Positions 43,472 through 55,472 of a stretch of DNA of 64,000 nt are shown one piece after another (the stretch's first letter is position 1; the number at the start of each line of letters is the position of its first letter). The stretch is from Candidatus Pacearchaeota archaeon (GTDB taxonomy: Archaea > Nanobdellota > Nanobdellia > Pacearchaeales > GW2011-AR1): assembly GCA_009694725.1 (NCBI GenBank), contig SICV01000004.1, forward strand, positions 5,630 through 69,629, written 5' to 3'. The translations under genes were made by a program, and so were the position numbers. A model generated the notes under the pieces. It ran no database searches. It had not been told where the DNA came from and saw only the letters and a program-made list of their open reading frames with translations.

Positions 43472-43594
43472 TTAAGCAGTTTTTTGAACAGTTACCAATG
43501 GACGTGCAAAGATACGTGCGAGCATATGATTACCTTTCTTGAGGAGGTTAAATTGCCACCGATGATTTCTCTTTCTACGTTTTGCTTGTCTCAT
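43472..43594 (-). CDS. micro-ORF, 40 aa, very basic (MRQAKRRKRNHRWQFNLLKKGNHMLARIFARPLVTVQKTA)
   Basis: TTTAAAAG box (plus-strand 43616-43623) lies 29 nt upstream of the ATG. Too short for the ORF track. No family recognised. Confidence 0.3.
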   Translation of the reverse strand: MRQAKRRKRNHRWQFNLLKKGNHMLARIFARPLVTVQKTA

Positions 43595-43662
43595 ATCCTG
43601 CCCTGGAAGAAGTGGCTTTTAAAGGTTACTAGAGAATCAAATACCTAACGAAAATAAGCGAA

Positions 43663-44562
43663 TTATTCCTTCTTCACTAACTTCTGCTTCACCGTTTCAA
43701 CAGCACCAGCAGATTTCTTCTTGAGTAACTCATATAAGGTAAAGAACATCACCAACGCCCCACCCAAAGTAGAAAACAAAACGGCATTTTCCTTTAATGA
43801 GTCCAGTAATGATTTTTTCTCTACCACACTTAATTGTAATGCACGGAGAGCAAGTTCATCTTCAGCAAGCGCCAAGCCTGCCTGCGCTTCAAGAGGTTCT
43901 CTCCGAATCAACGCAGCTTCAGCATCACGAAGATACGCTTTCGCATCATCTAACGAAAGTGAATCAATCGCATATCGTTCTTTTCCTTTCATAGCAAGGT
44001 CGCGTTCTAATAAGATATATCGCTGTTTGACCTCACGCAAGTGCACCGACACATTCCCTAACTGCGCTTCTAACACTTCTTCACTCTTAACAATTCCTCC
44101 AGTTGCAGCAACAACTGTAATCGGCAGGATAAACGTATCTGAATTGACATTGATAGTCAAATTACCTTCTCCCGCCTTTTCAAATCGTCCGGAAAGTAAT
44201 ACAAATCCCTTTGCTCCCGGGGCAAGTTCTTCCAATACACTTACCGAATAGGAAGCGAACCCTGGATAATATACCCCAACACTTGAGGTATACAGCGGAG
44301 CAGTCCCATTATTTACAAATAAAATACTAAATTGCATATCTCCTGCGTGAAACATATCCGGAACCAATTTAAAAACTTCTAACTGCGGCGCAAGAGGGGT
44401 AGCATTCATCGTAGTATTTGAGGAAGCAAAAAAAGAAATAGGTTCAAACGTAACGTTAGAAGTATTCGTACTCAAAAAACTCACATTCTCTTCTTCACTC
44501 GCCCCACCCAAAGCACAAGCTACAAAAAAATAAATAAAAACAAGCATATATTTGCTCACCAT
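43663..44562 (-). CDS. secreted, C-terminally anchored protein (beta domain + coiled coil + TM), 299 aa
   Basis: Signal peptide (YMLVFIYFFVACALGGA), N-x-S/T sequons, a coiled-coil region and a C-terminal TM (LFSTLGGALVMFFTLYELL). Confidence 0.7.
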   Translation of the reverse strand: MVSKYMLVFIYFFVACALGGASEEENVSFLSTNTSNVTFEPISFFASSNTTMNATPLAPQLEVFKLVPDMFHAGDMQFSILFVNNGTAPLYTSSVGVYYPGFASYSVSVLEELAPGAKGFVLLSGRFEKAGEGNLTINVNSDTFILPITVVAATGGIVKSEEVLEAQLGNVSVHLREVKQRYILLERDLAMKGKERYAIDSLSLDDAKAYLRDAEAALIRREPLEAQAGLALAEDELALRALQLSVVEKKSLLDSLKENAVLFSTLGGALVMFFTLYELLKKKSAGAVETVKQKLVKKE

Positions 44563-44596
44563 AGTAAAAAATGTTTCTCTCCAACCCTTATAAAAC

Positions 44597-46321
44597 CTAC
44601 GTCTCTTTTTTGGTCAACAAATACTGATGTACAAATGCAAAATACGGCGCAGATTGGGTCTTTGCCATACGTTCAATAATTAATTCGGGTGTTGAATTAG
44701 CCAATCGCCCCAATACTGGCGCATGATCAATAATCAAATCAAAATTAGCATCAAGTCCTTTTGCTTCAATACCGTCAATACGACTTCCTGCAGGAATAGT
44801 ATGCTGAATCTCTTGTCCCAAATGCGTTGCAATCACCATGAAACACCCTTTCTCAACAAAATATTGCACAGTCGCACAAATAAGCAACCCCGCAACCCCT
44901 GGTTCAGTCACTGCCTCAATCTCATCTGCAAGAATAAGCGTTTGGGTACCTGGACTAATGCTCGCTAATTGCGTCAATAACGTTTCAAATGCTCCTTTAT
45001 TCATACTTCCTTTATTCTTTGCAAAATAATACACTTCGGTAAACAAAGGTAATTCAACAATTCCCTTTACGGGTAATCCAAGTTGATGTAAACTCACCAG
45101 TTGCGTCACATGTTCCAACAACGTAGTTTTCCCTCCGCTATTCGCTCCCGTTAATAACGAAGCACGAGTCCCTGCATCAAGCAAAAAAGTAATAGGTTGG
45201 GGAGCACTTAAGAAAATATTTTTCGCATCAATCAATTTACATTGTGGACCAATCGTAGGAAAACCAGTCGTAGAACTCGTATAGAATACAACACCCGTAC
45301 AAAAGTCATACACAATCAACGCACGTTCAAGAGAAGCAAGCAACGCAGGAATCTGCATCACAAGGGTAGATTGTTTCCGAATAGCTTCGGCAATACTTAT
45401 AAATTGTGTCGCTTGATACTTCTTTAACAATCGATCAGCCTCTGGTTCATTAAGACGTACTGGAATCGTATCACTACAAATCTGCCCCGGCAATCCTGAA
45501 CTTGCAATTGCTTCTCGGACCAACGTCTGTAACTGCGGAGGCAACTTTTCCTTCTGCACTAACGCAAGTAATGCATCTCCCGTAAGTACTAAATCTCTCA
45601 TACGGGTAGAAATCGTCGTATTAATACGTTCAATGCCGTCTTCAAATGAAGCAAGACTCACTGTTTCTTGCACATTCTGCTTCGTCAAAACAAGTAACGG
45701 CACTAACTGCCCCACCACAGATCCCACCTTCCCACCCAACGCAAACGGGGCAAGTTGTTCCAGAATAGTCGTCCAACGAGAAAGCAACTCGACATGTCGC
45801 TCAAGATACACTTCTTCAATACTTTCCAAGAACACTGTCTGGGGTAATCGTTCAAGCGTTTGATAATACTGATCACATCCAATAACTTGTACCACATCAT
45901 ACACTTCCAAGGATTGTACGTCATATTCAGTAATCAGATATTTCACTGGACAACCGAGTTCTTTCAATTGCGTAAATATCTTTTCATCTTCGGTCACAAC
46001 AACTACCCCATACGGCGGCCTCCAGGAAACCTTTCCCAATGAAAGCTCGGGCAAGAAATCACGCACGCCAACGTGCAATGAACCAAAAAAAGCTTGTCGT
46101 CGTTCTAATTCGCTTTGACTCTGCGTCAATTGAAAACAGCCCCAGAGCGCAGATGTATCGCTAAACACGAACTGTTTGCTCAAAGTGTTAATAACTTTCG
46201 TATGCGTTGCTCGTCCATCTGAAGTCTTATACAATCCCGTGCTGGTCCGAGAAGGAGATTTTGTATCATGAAACGGGGACAGACCATATTCGCTACAATA
46301 CGCGTCCAATACCTCTTCCAT
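44597..46321 (-). CDS. MutS-family ATPase (MutS2/archaeal MutS-like; no Smr domain seen)
   Basis: LTGANSGGKTTLLEH (Walker A), LILADEIEAVTEPG (Walker B) and VIATH. ATG at 46321 chosen because the TTTAAAG box abuts the track's GTG start. Confidence 0.8.
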   Translation of the reverse strand: MEEVLDAYCSEYGLSPFHDTKSPSRTSTGLYKTSDGRATHTKVINTLSKQFVFSDTSALWGCFQLTQSQSELERRQAFFGSLHVGVRDFLPELSLGKVSWRPPYGVVVVTEDEKIFTQLKELGCPVKYLITEYDVQSLEVYDVVQVIGCDQYYQTLERLPQTVFLESIEEVYLERHVELLSRWTTILEQLAPFALGGKVGSVVGQLVPLLVLTKQNVQETVSLASFEDGIERINTTISTRMRDLVLTGDALLALVQKEKLPPQLQTLVREAIASSGLPGQICSDTIPVRLNEPEADRLLKKYQATQFISIAEAIRKQSTLVMQIPALLASLERALIVYDFCTGVVFYTSSTTGFPTIGPQCKLIDAKNIFLSAPQPITFLLDAGTRASLLTGANSGGKTTLLEHVTQLVSLHQLGLPVKGIVELPLFTEVYYFAKNKGSMNKGAFETLLTQLASISPGTQTLILADEIEAVTEPGVAGLLICATVQYFVEKGCFMVIATHLGQEIQHTIPAGSRIDGIEAKGLDANFDLIIDHAPVLGRLANSTPELIIERMAKTQSAPYFAFVHQYLLTKKET

Positions 46322-46436
46322 CTCCTCAAAACTCGCTACCACTTTAAAGGGTTATGTGTATTCAAGCATAAACATACAGAGGATAAAAAAAGAGGAAGCA
46401 AAGGTTTAAAAGGGTTCAAAGAGGAAACTCGTTCTC

Positions 46437-47003
46437 ATGTATCTTCATCAATGGCAATTACAAAATAAAAAAAGGGGAGCCTACTTTCCTTACAATTCAT
46501 CCACTATGAGTCTGGACTATGAATGGCAATATCGATTTGATGAACAAGAACAGCTTACTCAAATAGGTATCACTGGCTGGCCAGACAGAAAAAACTGCAT
46601 GGTCTGGCAAGCTATGAACGAAAATGTGGCATTTCACATCAGAGAATATCAAGATACTCAAAAAAGACCCCACATTACCTTACACACTACCTCTACTCTT
46701 AAAAAAGGAAAAATTATCACAAGCACTTCAGGTATCCACGAGACCTCCAGACTCATTGCATTTATTAAAGAACATCGAGACGTACATCTCTATCACGCTT
46801 CCCAGTTTAAATCAGGGGAAGAACCAGATATCCTTATATTTGATCAAAATCCCCCCTCCACTGAGCCGTATAAACATGACCGCAGTGTACCGGTGAGAAT
46901 ATCTGGAAAAGGATTCTACGTCCCACTCTTAGCAAAAATATTCAACATTATCACTCGAGGAACACAACCTCGGGTATATGAAACACCTTGCACAACCCAG
47001 TAA
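46437..47003 (+). CDS. hypothetical protein, 188 aa
   Basis: TTTAAAAG at 46405-46412, 32 nt upstream of the ATG. No motif recognised. Confidence 0.55.
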   Translation: MYLHQWQLQNKKRGAYFPYNSSTMSLDYEWQYRFDEQEQLTQIGITGWPDRKNCMVWQAMNENVAFHIREYQDTQKRPHITLHTTSTLKKGKIITSTSGIHETSRLIAFIKEHRDVHLYHASQFKSGEEPDILIFDQNPPSTEPYKHDRSVPVRISGKGFYVPLLAKIFNIITRGTQPRVYETPCTTQ

Positions 47004-47069
47004 GAGCACATACGCTTGAATATAAATCCTAACTGAACATTCTTATAGACTAACACACACCCCTACAAC

Positions 47070-47453
47070 ATGGAAGAAGCAACTCTCAAAAAGAAACTCA
47101 CCCCTCAAGAATATGCAATTCTCCGCCAAGGAAAAACAGAGCGCCCCTTCACAGGAGAATACGTTGCCCATAAAGAAACAGGAGACTATCGCTGTAAAGT
47201 GTGTAACACTTCTCTCTTCCCCTCAGATACTAAATTTGATTCAGGCACAGGCTGGCCAAGCTTCACCAATCCCTCCAACACACAGGCAATTACCCTCTTT
47301 CCAGATACAACACAGGGAATGGAACGAATAGAAGTCCGGTGTAAAAAATGTAATTCTCATCTTGGTCATGTCTTCCCCGATGGTCCTCAAGGCAAACAAC
47401 GCTATTGCATTAACTCGGCCTGTCTAACGTTTCAGAAAAAGAAAGAAGAGTAA
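47070..47453 (+). CDS. msrB: peptide-methionine (R)-S-oxide reductase MsrB
   Basis: CKVCNTSLF, GWPSF and RCKKCNSHLGHVFPDGP. Confidence 0.95.
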   Translation: MEEATLKKKLTPQEYAILRQGKTERPFTGEYVAHKETGDYRCKVCNTSLFPSDTKFDSGTGWPSFTNPSNTQAITLFPDTTQGMERIEVRCKKCNSHLGHVFPDGPQGKQRYCINSACLTFQKKKEE

Positions 47454-47951
47454 TCAAGATCTTCTAAAATAACGAGCTCGAAACATAGGTTTTCGTATAT
47501 ATTCTCGTCCTGCACGTTCATCTGAATAGGGAGAAACATCAAGAGGGGGGGAAGGAAGCGTAGGGAGGCATTCAGGTGCAACGGGCAAAAAACAAGCCCC
47601 TTGATTATACGTTAAAAAATGCCGTTCTAAAGTCTGAATAATCTCTTCAGATGCTGGTTCGGTCCTCTTAATCGGTTTCTTTGTTCCCCGGCCCCGCGGA
47701 GCAACATGCACTAAAGAAGAAACAAAATGAAAAGGATACGCCCCCGAATGTTGAGTAAGCCGTCTCAAATCGGCATCTAAAACAGCCAACCCTGAAGCAT
47801 CATATCGGGCAGTGTATACACTTGAGCCCACTTGTAAAAATAACTGACTATCCTGTGAGCGATAGGCCACATTCACCACCCACTCAGTCAAACGACTTCC
47901 TGGAGATGGGGCCGAGGTACCCGTAGATAGCGGACTATGCATAAAACTCAT
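47454..47951 (-). CDS. hypothetical protein, 165 aa
   Basis: ATG at 47951 with a TTTAAAT box about 31 nt upstream. It abuts the msrB stop. No motif recognised. Confidence 0.5.
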   Translation of the reverse strand: MSFMHSPLSTGTSAPSPGSRLTEWVVNVAYRSQDSQLFLQVGSSVYTARYDASGLAVLDADLRRLTQHSGAYPFHFVSSLVHVAPRGRGTKKPIKRTEPASEEIIQTLERHFLTYNQGACFLPVAPECLPTLPSPPLDVSPYSDERAGREYIRKPMFRARYFRRS

Positions 47952-48098
47952 CAATAAAAGAAAAATCTGAATTATTTAAAGATGTAGGGGGGAAAGTGCC
48001 CACCCAAGTACTAACAATCTACTCAAAAAAAAGAAAAGAACACATAAAAAAAAGAAAAGGATGTTCTTCCTTAAGAGAAATAAGAAATTGCTTCCTTA

Positions 48099-48443
48099 TT
48101 ACTGGTCTCGCTTGTTAGCGAAACAGTCACGGCAATAGACCGGTCTGCCTTCAGTTGGCTTGAACGGAACTTCACATTCTTTCTTGCATTCAGCGCAAAT
48201 TGTCTTGTGCATTTCACGTGGACCATCATTGAAACGTCGAGGGCCGCCGAAGCCGCCTCCACCGCCAAATCTGCGTCCGCCGCCTCCGCCGCCTCCGCTA
48301 CGGAAACCTCCGCCTCCGCCGCCTCCGCTACGGAAACCTCCGCCTCCGCCGCCTCTGAAACCAGAGCCACGTGGACGGAATCCGCCTTCAGAGTCGCCGC
48401 CGGATGAACCGCCTTGCGAACCGTTGTTATCAAATTCACTCAT
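48099..48443 (-). CDS. RGG/Gly-rich protein with a C-terminal CxxC-x17-CxxC zinc ribbon
   Basis: GGGGGGFRSG repeats followed by CAEC-KKECEVPFKPTEGRPVY-CRDC, with exactly 17 residues between the pairs. GGAGGT SD 10 nt upstream. Long 5' UTR rather than a leaderless start. Confidence 0.8.
   Translation of the reverse strand: MSEFDNNGSQGGSSGGDSEGGFRPRGSGFRGGGGGGFRSGGGGGGGFRSGGGGGGGRRFGGGGGFGGPRRFNDGPREMHKTICAECKKECEVPFKPTEGRPVYCRDCFANKRDQ
48281..48355. repeat. 30-nt tandem repeat x2.5 inside the RGG gene
   Basis: 48281-48310 and 48311-48340 are identical (cgcctccgccgcctccgctacggaaacctc), followed by a partial third copy. Confidence 0.9.
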
Positions 48444-48635
48444 TATTATATACCTCCTGTATCATTTAATTAATGTTAGAACCACTGTATCGTTGTATTT
48501 CTATTCCTTCCTTATAACCTATGCCTGAAAGGACAAAGGGGGCTATATAAACGTTTGTAACAAGTACTAGTTACGCAACAATCCGGCGTTGCCCGAAAAG
48601 TAGTGCGTTAAAAACGCTTGACCGCAAAGCTCTAA

Positions 48636-49073
48636 TCAGGGCATATCGGCCGTTCTCAAGCCTTGGCGTTTTTCATGTTCTTCGTGAGGGTTATATGCTT
48701 TTTCACATGCCTTGAAATCAACCATAACACCATATTGAAAGATAGCATGCACCAGACAACAGATGTTATGGACAATGAACTTCATCAGTAACTCACTTCG
48801 CTGAGCATCATACGTCTTACACTTCAGAAACTCTCCTAAACGCATTTTGACCATGGAGAATACAGTCTCCACATTACTTCGCTTATGATACTTTGCTAGA
48901 TACTTTGCAGGTTCTTCCTTGAACATAGTATACATCTTCTGCCAGATAGAGGGAGAATCTTCGGCAGGATTCGAGTTCTTCTTGAATATAATGTACGGTG
49001 TAGCTTGCAAAGATTCAATAAGCTGGTGCATACGTGCGGAGCTATATGCTTTGTCTGCGCATACTTCTTTCAT
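48636..49073 (-). pseudogene. 5'-truncated DDE transposase (IS4/IS5-like) remnant
   Basis: It retains ADKAY and RSNVETVFSMVKMRL (the second D and the E regions). The N-terminal third, with the first D, is missing. There is an in-frame stop 18 codons upstream of the ATG. It lies beside tRNA-Asp. Confidence 0.65.
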
Positions 49074-49166
49074 AGCAAAGTTCTGAGCAGTTATATCGTC
49101 AATCTCAAGAAACAGAATAATTCATTTAAAAATAAATAGGTACTCCTATGATGAGTATCTAAGAAG

Positions 49167-49238
49167 CGCCCGTGCCGGGAATCGAACCCGGACTCTGTCC
49201 GCGACAGGGACATGTACTAGCCGCTATACGACACGAGC
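49167..49238 (-). tRNA. tRNA-Asp (anticodon GUC)
   Basis: GCUCGUG/CACGGGC acceptor, GUAU..GUAC D arm, UGUCC-CUGUCGC-GGACA anticodon arm, CCGGG-UUCGAUU-CCCGG T arm, discriminator G. Confidence 0.9.
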
Positions 49239-49326
49239 TTACTCTTCCCTGTATAAAACGACTTTTAAATCTTCGCGTATGCTGAAACACAACTATCCTT
49301 ATAAGGAAAGAGAGGTAACGAAAAAC

Positions 49327-49737
49327 ATGAAGATACTATTGAGCACACTCATTGCCCTTCTCCTGCTCGTATCGGTCTCTGCATCTCACGATACCTACAA
49401 AGCCTCATCAAGCGAATCCCACATCACCACCAAAGCATCATCCTGGTCCTCCGGAAACACAAATAACAAACAAGCATATGCATTCTCAAGCAAAGAAGCA
49501 GTTACTCGGAAAACAAACACGCAACAAGGAAAAAAAACTGCTTCTAACAAACGCACATTCACCTTCACTGAAACATCAACCAACACGCAGACCGCCGATC
49601 AATACGGAAGTGCGTGTCAAGGCCCCTATCACTCTGCACGCTTTCCCCGTGATGATCCTGACCGTGAACACTATTACAACGATTATTACTACAAACCCTG
49701 CCCTCAAAGAGACGGTAGCTATTCCTGGCGATACTAA
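49327..49737 (+). CDS. small secreted S/T-rich protein with a Tyr-rich C-terminus, 136 aa
   Basis: Signal peptide MKILLSTLIALLLLVSVSA. GAGGT SD-like word about 12 nt upstream. The C-terminus reads YYNDYYYKPCPQRDGSYSWRY. Confidence 0.55.
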   Translation: MKILLSTLIALLLLVSVSASHDTYKASSSESHITTKASSWSSGNTNNKQAYAFSSKEAVTRKTNTQQGKKTASNKRTFTFTETSTNTQTADQYGSACQGPYHSARFPRDDPDREHYYNDYYYKPCPQRDGSYSWRY

Positions 49738-49806
49738 TCTCTCCTTGCCCCTGCATACTTTAACCAGATATACAGCCGATACCTACCCATTTCAACCGTC
49801 TACAAA

Positions 49807-49891
49807 GCGTACAGCAGATACTCAATACTGAAACAGATACCCTGAACAAGATACCCGATACATACATCCGATACCAAAAAAGTAGTATCTA
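49807..49891 (+). repeat. array of GATAC-core boxes (five direct, one inverted)
   Basis: GCGTACAGCAGATACTCAATACTGAAACAGATACCCTGAACAAGATACCCGATACATACATCCGATACC...GTAGTATCTAC, in the intergenic region upstream of the DedA gene. Confidence 0.7.
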
Positions 49892-49941
49892 CAATCTCGA
49901 GTCATCGCATCCTTTAAAAAAGGAAAAAACAGAGAATACCC

Positions 49942-50562
49942 ATGGTGCTATTCCCAACGTTAGATGGTACGTTAGGTGCATTCCTTGAATACCCACTCTA
50001 TCGCATTCTCTTTTTCATCACAATGTTTGAATCCTCCCCTCTCTTCGGTATGATTGTCCCCGGACAACTCTTCATTATGCTCGCCGGCTTCCTTTCAGAA
50101 CTTGGTCTCCTATCTCTCCCGTTAGTCATCATCTTTGCATCAATTGCTGCTATCGTGGGAGATATATTGGCTTATATCCTCGGTAAAGTATATGGTCCGA
50201 AATTAATTACCAAATATGGTCGATTCTTACTGATCACACGAGAACAATATCTTGCAACAGAACATTCCCTCATCAATCGCCCCTTGCGAACGTTAGCCTT
50301 TGGACGATTCTCCGCAGCAACCCGCGCTCTTGCCTTCTTTATTGCAGGGACCAGGCATATACAATTCCATCGCTGGATTCTCCTCTCAATACTAAGTGGC
50401 ATCCTCTGGGCAGGATTCTATGCAACTGCAGGATACCTCTTTGCACATACCTATGAAAACCTCCTGACCACCATTGACGTCTTTGCAATGCTCGGCGTAC
50501 TCATCCTTGTACTCTTCCTCATCAGGGGATATATCCATAAAAAAATAGAAAGTCGACAATAA
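49942..50562 (+). CDS. DedA/VTT-family membrane protein
   Basis: FESSPLFGMIVPGQ motif and a 4-5 TM profile, ~206 aa. TATA box 29 nt upstream. Confidence 0.7.
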   Translation: MVLFPTLDGTLGAFLEYPLYRILFFITMFESSPLFGMIVPGQLFIMLAGFLSELGLLSLPLVIIFASIAAIVGDILAYILGKVYGPKLITKYGRFLLITREQYLATEHSLINRPLRTLAFGRFSAATRALAFFIAGTRHIQFHRWILLSILSGILWAGFYATAGYLFAHTYENLLTTIDVFAMLGVLILVLFLIRGYIHKKIESRQ

Positions 50563-50686
50563 GCATCCTAGTTCCATACCCAAGACATCCTTCTTAAAAT
50601 CAATATCAAGTCTATTCCAAAAAAGATAGTTCAAGCATACAGCAGATACCTAAGCAAAACAAAGAAAAATCAGCAAAGAAACAAAC

Positions 50687-53224
50687 TTACAACGTTTGTT
50701 GTGCAGGAAGTTCATCCGGAACATCTGCAACGGGCACTTTCACCACATCGGCCAATTTATCTCCATCCTTCAAGTCAACAACACGCACCCCTTGGGTTGC
50801 CCGACCCATCACTCGAATATCTTTCATACCCACTCGAATGGTCTGACCCTTAGCAGAGGTTGCAATAATAGAATCTTTCCCTTCAACACCGAAGGCGGTC
50901 AACACATCACCTGTTCTATCTGTGACTTCCAACGTAATGACTCCTTTCCCACCCCGTGAGGTCACACGATATTCTTCCAATTCAGTTCGCTTGCCAAATC
51001 CTTTCACGGTCGTAGTCAAAATAGTGGTCGTTCCTTTCGTTGGTAATGATTCCAAAGCAACAACTTCATCATTCTTACTCAAATCAACCCCAATCACCCC
51101 ATAACTTGCTCGACCCATACTACGTACATCATCGCTATTGAATCGAATCGCCTGCCCTTTCTTGGTAATAAGCAATACTTCCTGTTTGTCAACAACGCTC
51201 TTGACATTCACGACCGTATCACTTCCATCAGCAGGTAAGTTAATAACGCGTACTCCTGCATTGCGCGGTTTACTCACATCTTTCAAGGGTAATTTCTTGA
51301 GCATACCTTTCTTCGTAGCGAACATCAAATAGCCGGCAGCAAAGTCTTTCACAGCCATCACATTCGAAATAGTTTCATCACGAATATCTAAGACATTGAC
51401 CAACGCTTTTCCTTTACTCTGTCGTTCAGAGGCAGGGACGTCATGTGCTTTCAACCAAAAGACTCGGCCACGAGAAGTAAAGAACAACAAATAATCGTGC
51501 GTTGAACACGTAATAAGCCGGGTAACAAAGTCTTCATCTTTCAAATCTTGTCCACTCACTCCTGCCCCTCCACGTTTCTGCTCCCGATAATCCGTCACAT
51601 CAACCCGTTTGATATAGCCCCCATTCGTCAACATAACCATAACGTCTTTCTTCTCAATCAAATCTTTCTCAGTAATTTCGTCCACGCGCTTGATAATCTT
51701 GGTGCGTCGTTCATCCCCATACTTCGTCTTAATATCATGCACTTCTTTCTTGATAACTTTCAAGATTTCTTTCTCATCACTCAAAATAAGCTTCAAGTCT
51801 TTGATTTCTACAGAAAGATCACGTTCTTCATCTTTCAACTTACCTGTTTCGAGACGCGTCAATTGTTGTAACTTAATTTCTAACACTGCCTTTGCCTGGC
51901 GATCCGTTAACTCAAATTTCTTCATCAATCCCTCATGCGCTGCAGCAGTATTCTCAGATCGCTTGATAAATTCAACAATAGCATCAATATTCTTCTGTGC
52001 AATCAACAAACCAAGTACAATTTCTAAACGATCTTCAGCCTTCTTCAAATCAAACTTCGTCCTATTGCGTACCATCAACTGACGATACTTGACATATTCA
52101 ACTAAAATCTCTTTCAAATTCAATACGCGGGGTTGTTTACCAACTAATGCCAGCATATTCGCATCAAAAGACGTTTGTAAATTAGTAAGCGTATAGAGTT
52201 TATTTAATGTATATTTCGAATCAACGTCTTTCTTCAGCTCAATCACAATACGAACTTTACCCTTTGCAGATTCATCCCGTAAATCATACACGTCTGGCAA
52301 TTTCTTTTCAGTTGCAAGACTTGCAATCTTCTTCACTAAATCAGATTTATTAACCTGATAGGGAATTTCCGTGACCACAATACTTGTACGTCCCTTCTTA
52401 TCTTCTTCAAGCACGTGTTTTGCGCGAATAATGATTTTTCCCTTACCCAGTTTATACATGTCCTTAATCCCTGCCCCCGTAATAGAACCACCAGTCGGAA
52501 AATCAGGGCCTTTGATAATTTCAGCAAGATCATCAACTGAAATAGTGGGATTGGTGATATATTCAGTCAATGCATCACATACTTCAGTCAGATTATGTGG
52601 TGGAATATTAGTGGCCATACCGACTGCAATACCTGATGCCCCATTCAATAATAAGTTCGGCAATTTCGCCGGCAATGTTTCAGGTTCATCAAGCGAGTTA
52701 TCGAAATTTGGACGCATCTTGACTGTATCCTTTTCAATATCGGACAATAATTCACCCGAAATCTTACTCATCTTCGCTTCAGTATAACGATCTGCTGCTG
52801 CACTATCTCCATCCATACTCCCAAAGTTACCCTGCCCATGCACTAAGGGATACCGAAGCGAGAAGTCCTGAGCCATACGGACTAACGAATCATAAATCGC
52901 AATATTTCCATGCGGGTGATACTTACCCATGGTTTCTCCCACAATTCTCGCGCACTTCATAGTTGGTTTTGAAGGGTCAAGTCCCAACGAATGCATCGCA
53001 TACAAGATACGACGATGTACTGGTTTCAACCCATCTTCTACCGCAGGCAAGGCACGATCAACAATAACTGACATCGCATAGTCGATAAACGCTTGTTCCA
53101 TTTGTTCCACAATTTCAGCAGAAGCCACTCCTTTCTCAGTCCCAATTTGATCTTTCTCCCGACGTTTGGTCTCATCCGCAAGAATTTCTTGTTCTATTGT
53201 ATCTTCTGCGTCATTCTTTGCCAT
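50687..53224 (-). CDS. gyrA: DNA gyrase subunit A
   Basis: [25 protein letters not shown] (active-site Tyr), and C-terminal beta-pinwheel repeats. ATG at 53224 lies 1 nt after the gyrB stop. Confidence 0.97.
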   Translation of the reverse strand: MAKNDAEDTIEQEILADETKRREKDQIGTEKGVASAEIVEQMEQAFIDYAMSVIVDRALPAVEDGLKPVHRRILYAMHSLGLDPSKPTMKCARIVGETMGKYHPHGNIAIYDSLVRMAQDFSLRYPLVHGQGNFGSMDGDSAAADRYTEAKMSKISGELLSDIEKDTVKMRPNFDNSLDEPETLPAKLPNLLLNGASGIAVGMATNIPPHNLTEVCDALTEYITNPTISVDDLAEIIKGPDFPTGGSITGAGIKDMYKLGKGKIIIRAKHVLEEDKKGRTSIVVTEIPYQVNKSDLVKKIASLATEKKLPDVYDLRDESAKGKVRIVIELKKDVDSKYTLNKLYTLTNLQTSFDANMLALVGKQPRVLNLKEILVEYVKYRQLMVRNRTKFDLKKAEDRLEIVLGLLIAQKNIDAIVEFIKRSENTAAAHEGLMKKFELTDRQAKAVLEIKLQQLTRLETGKLKDEERDLSVEIKDLKLILSDEKEILKVIKKEVHDIKTKYGDERRTKIIKRVDEITEKDLIEKKDVMVMLTNGGYIKRVDVTDYREQKRGGAGVSGQDLKDEDFVTRLITCSTHDYLLFFTSRGRVFWLKAHDVPASERQSKGKALVNVLDIRDETISNVMAVKDFAAGYLMFATKKGMLKKLPLKDVSKPRNAGVRVINLPADGSDTVVNVKSVVDKQEVLLITKKGQAIRFNSDDVRSMGRASYGVIGVDLSKNDEVVALESLPTKGTTTILTTTVKGFGKRTELEEYRVTSRGGKGVITLEVTDRTGDVLTAFGVEGKDSIIATSAKGQTIRVGMKDIRVMGRATQGVRVVDLKDGDKLADVVKVPVADVPDELPAQQTL

Positions 53225-53225
53225 C

Positions 53226-55157
<1,932 letters not shown>

Positions 55158-55233
55158 TTATAAACATTGTGGCCCAAAATATCATTTATCGACGGTAAAA
55201 AAGGAATCTAGAAAAGTAAAGCAAAAATAACAG

Positions 55234-55470
55234 TTACTTAGCTTTCTGAACAACAGGGGCAACTTTCAAAGCAGCAAGTTTTGCCTTTGCTTTATCACGA
55301 GATTCAGCATACAACGCAGTCCACTTAATCTTACGCTTATCTCGTCCCAGTTTCAACGTATTTTTACGACACTTAGAAGAACAAAAAAATTGAATCGTCC
55401 CGTCATTTTTAATATAATGGATGCCGGTATGTGCAGGACGTTCATCTCCACAGAAAAAACACTTGACCAT
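55234..55470 (-). CDS. rpl24e: 50S ribosomal protein L24e (eL24)
   Basis: MVKCFFCGDE...FFCSSKCRKN zinc-ribbon pattern. Confidence 0.93.
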   Translation of the reverse strand: MVKCFFCGDERPAHTGIHYIKNDGTIQFFCSSKCRKNTLKLGRDKRKIKWTALYAESRDKAKAKLAALKVAPVVQKAK

Positions 55471-55472
55471 GA

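Noticed and set aside
46322-46342. GTG start of the MutS-like gene
   Set aside because: A TTTAAAG box directly abuts it, and the ATG at 46321 is 29 nt from that box.
48071-48528. Alternative-frame ORFs (122 aa on each strand) over the GC-rich repeat
   Set aside because: They are frame artefacts of the GGN/CCN repeat. Only the 48099-48443 frame ends in a recognisable zinc ribbon and has an SD.
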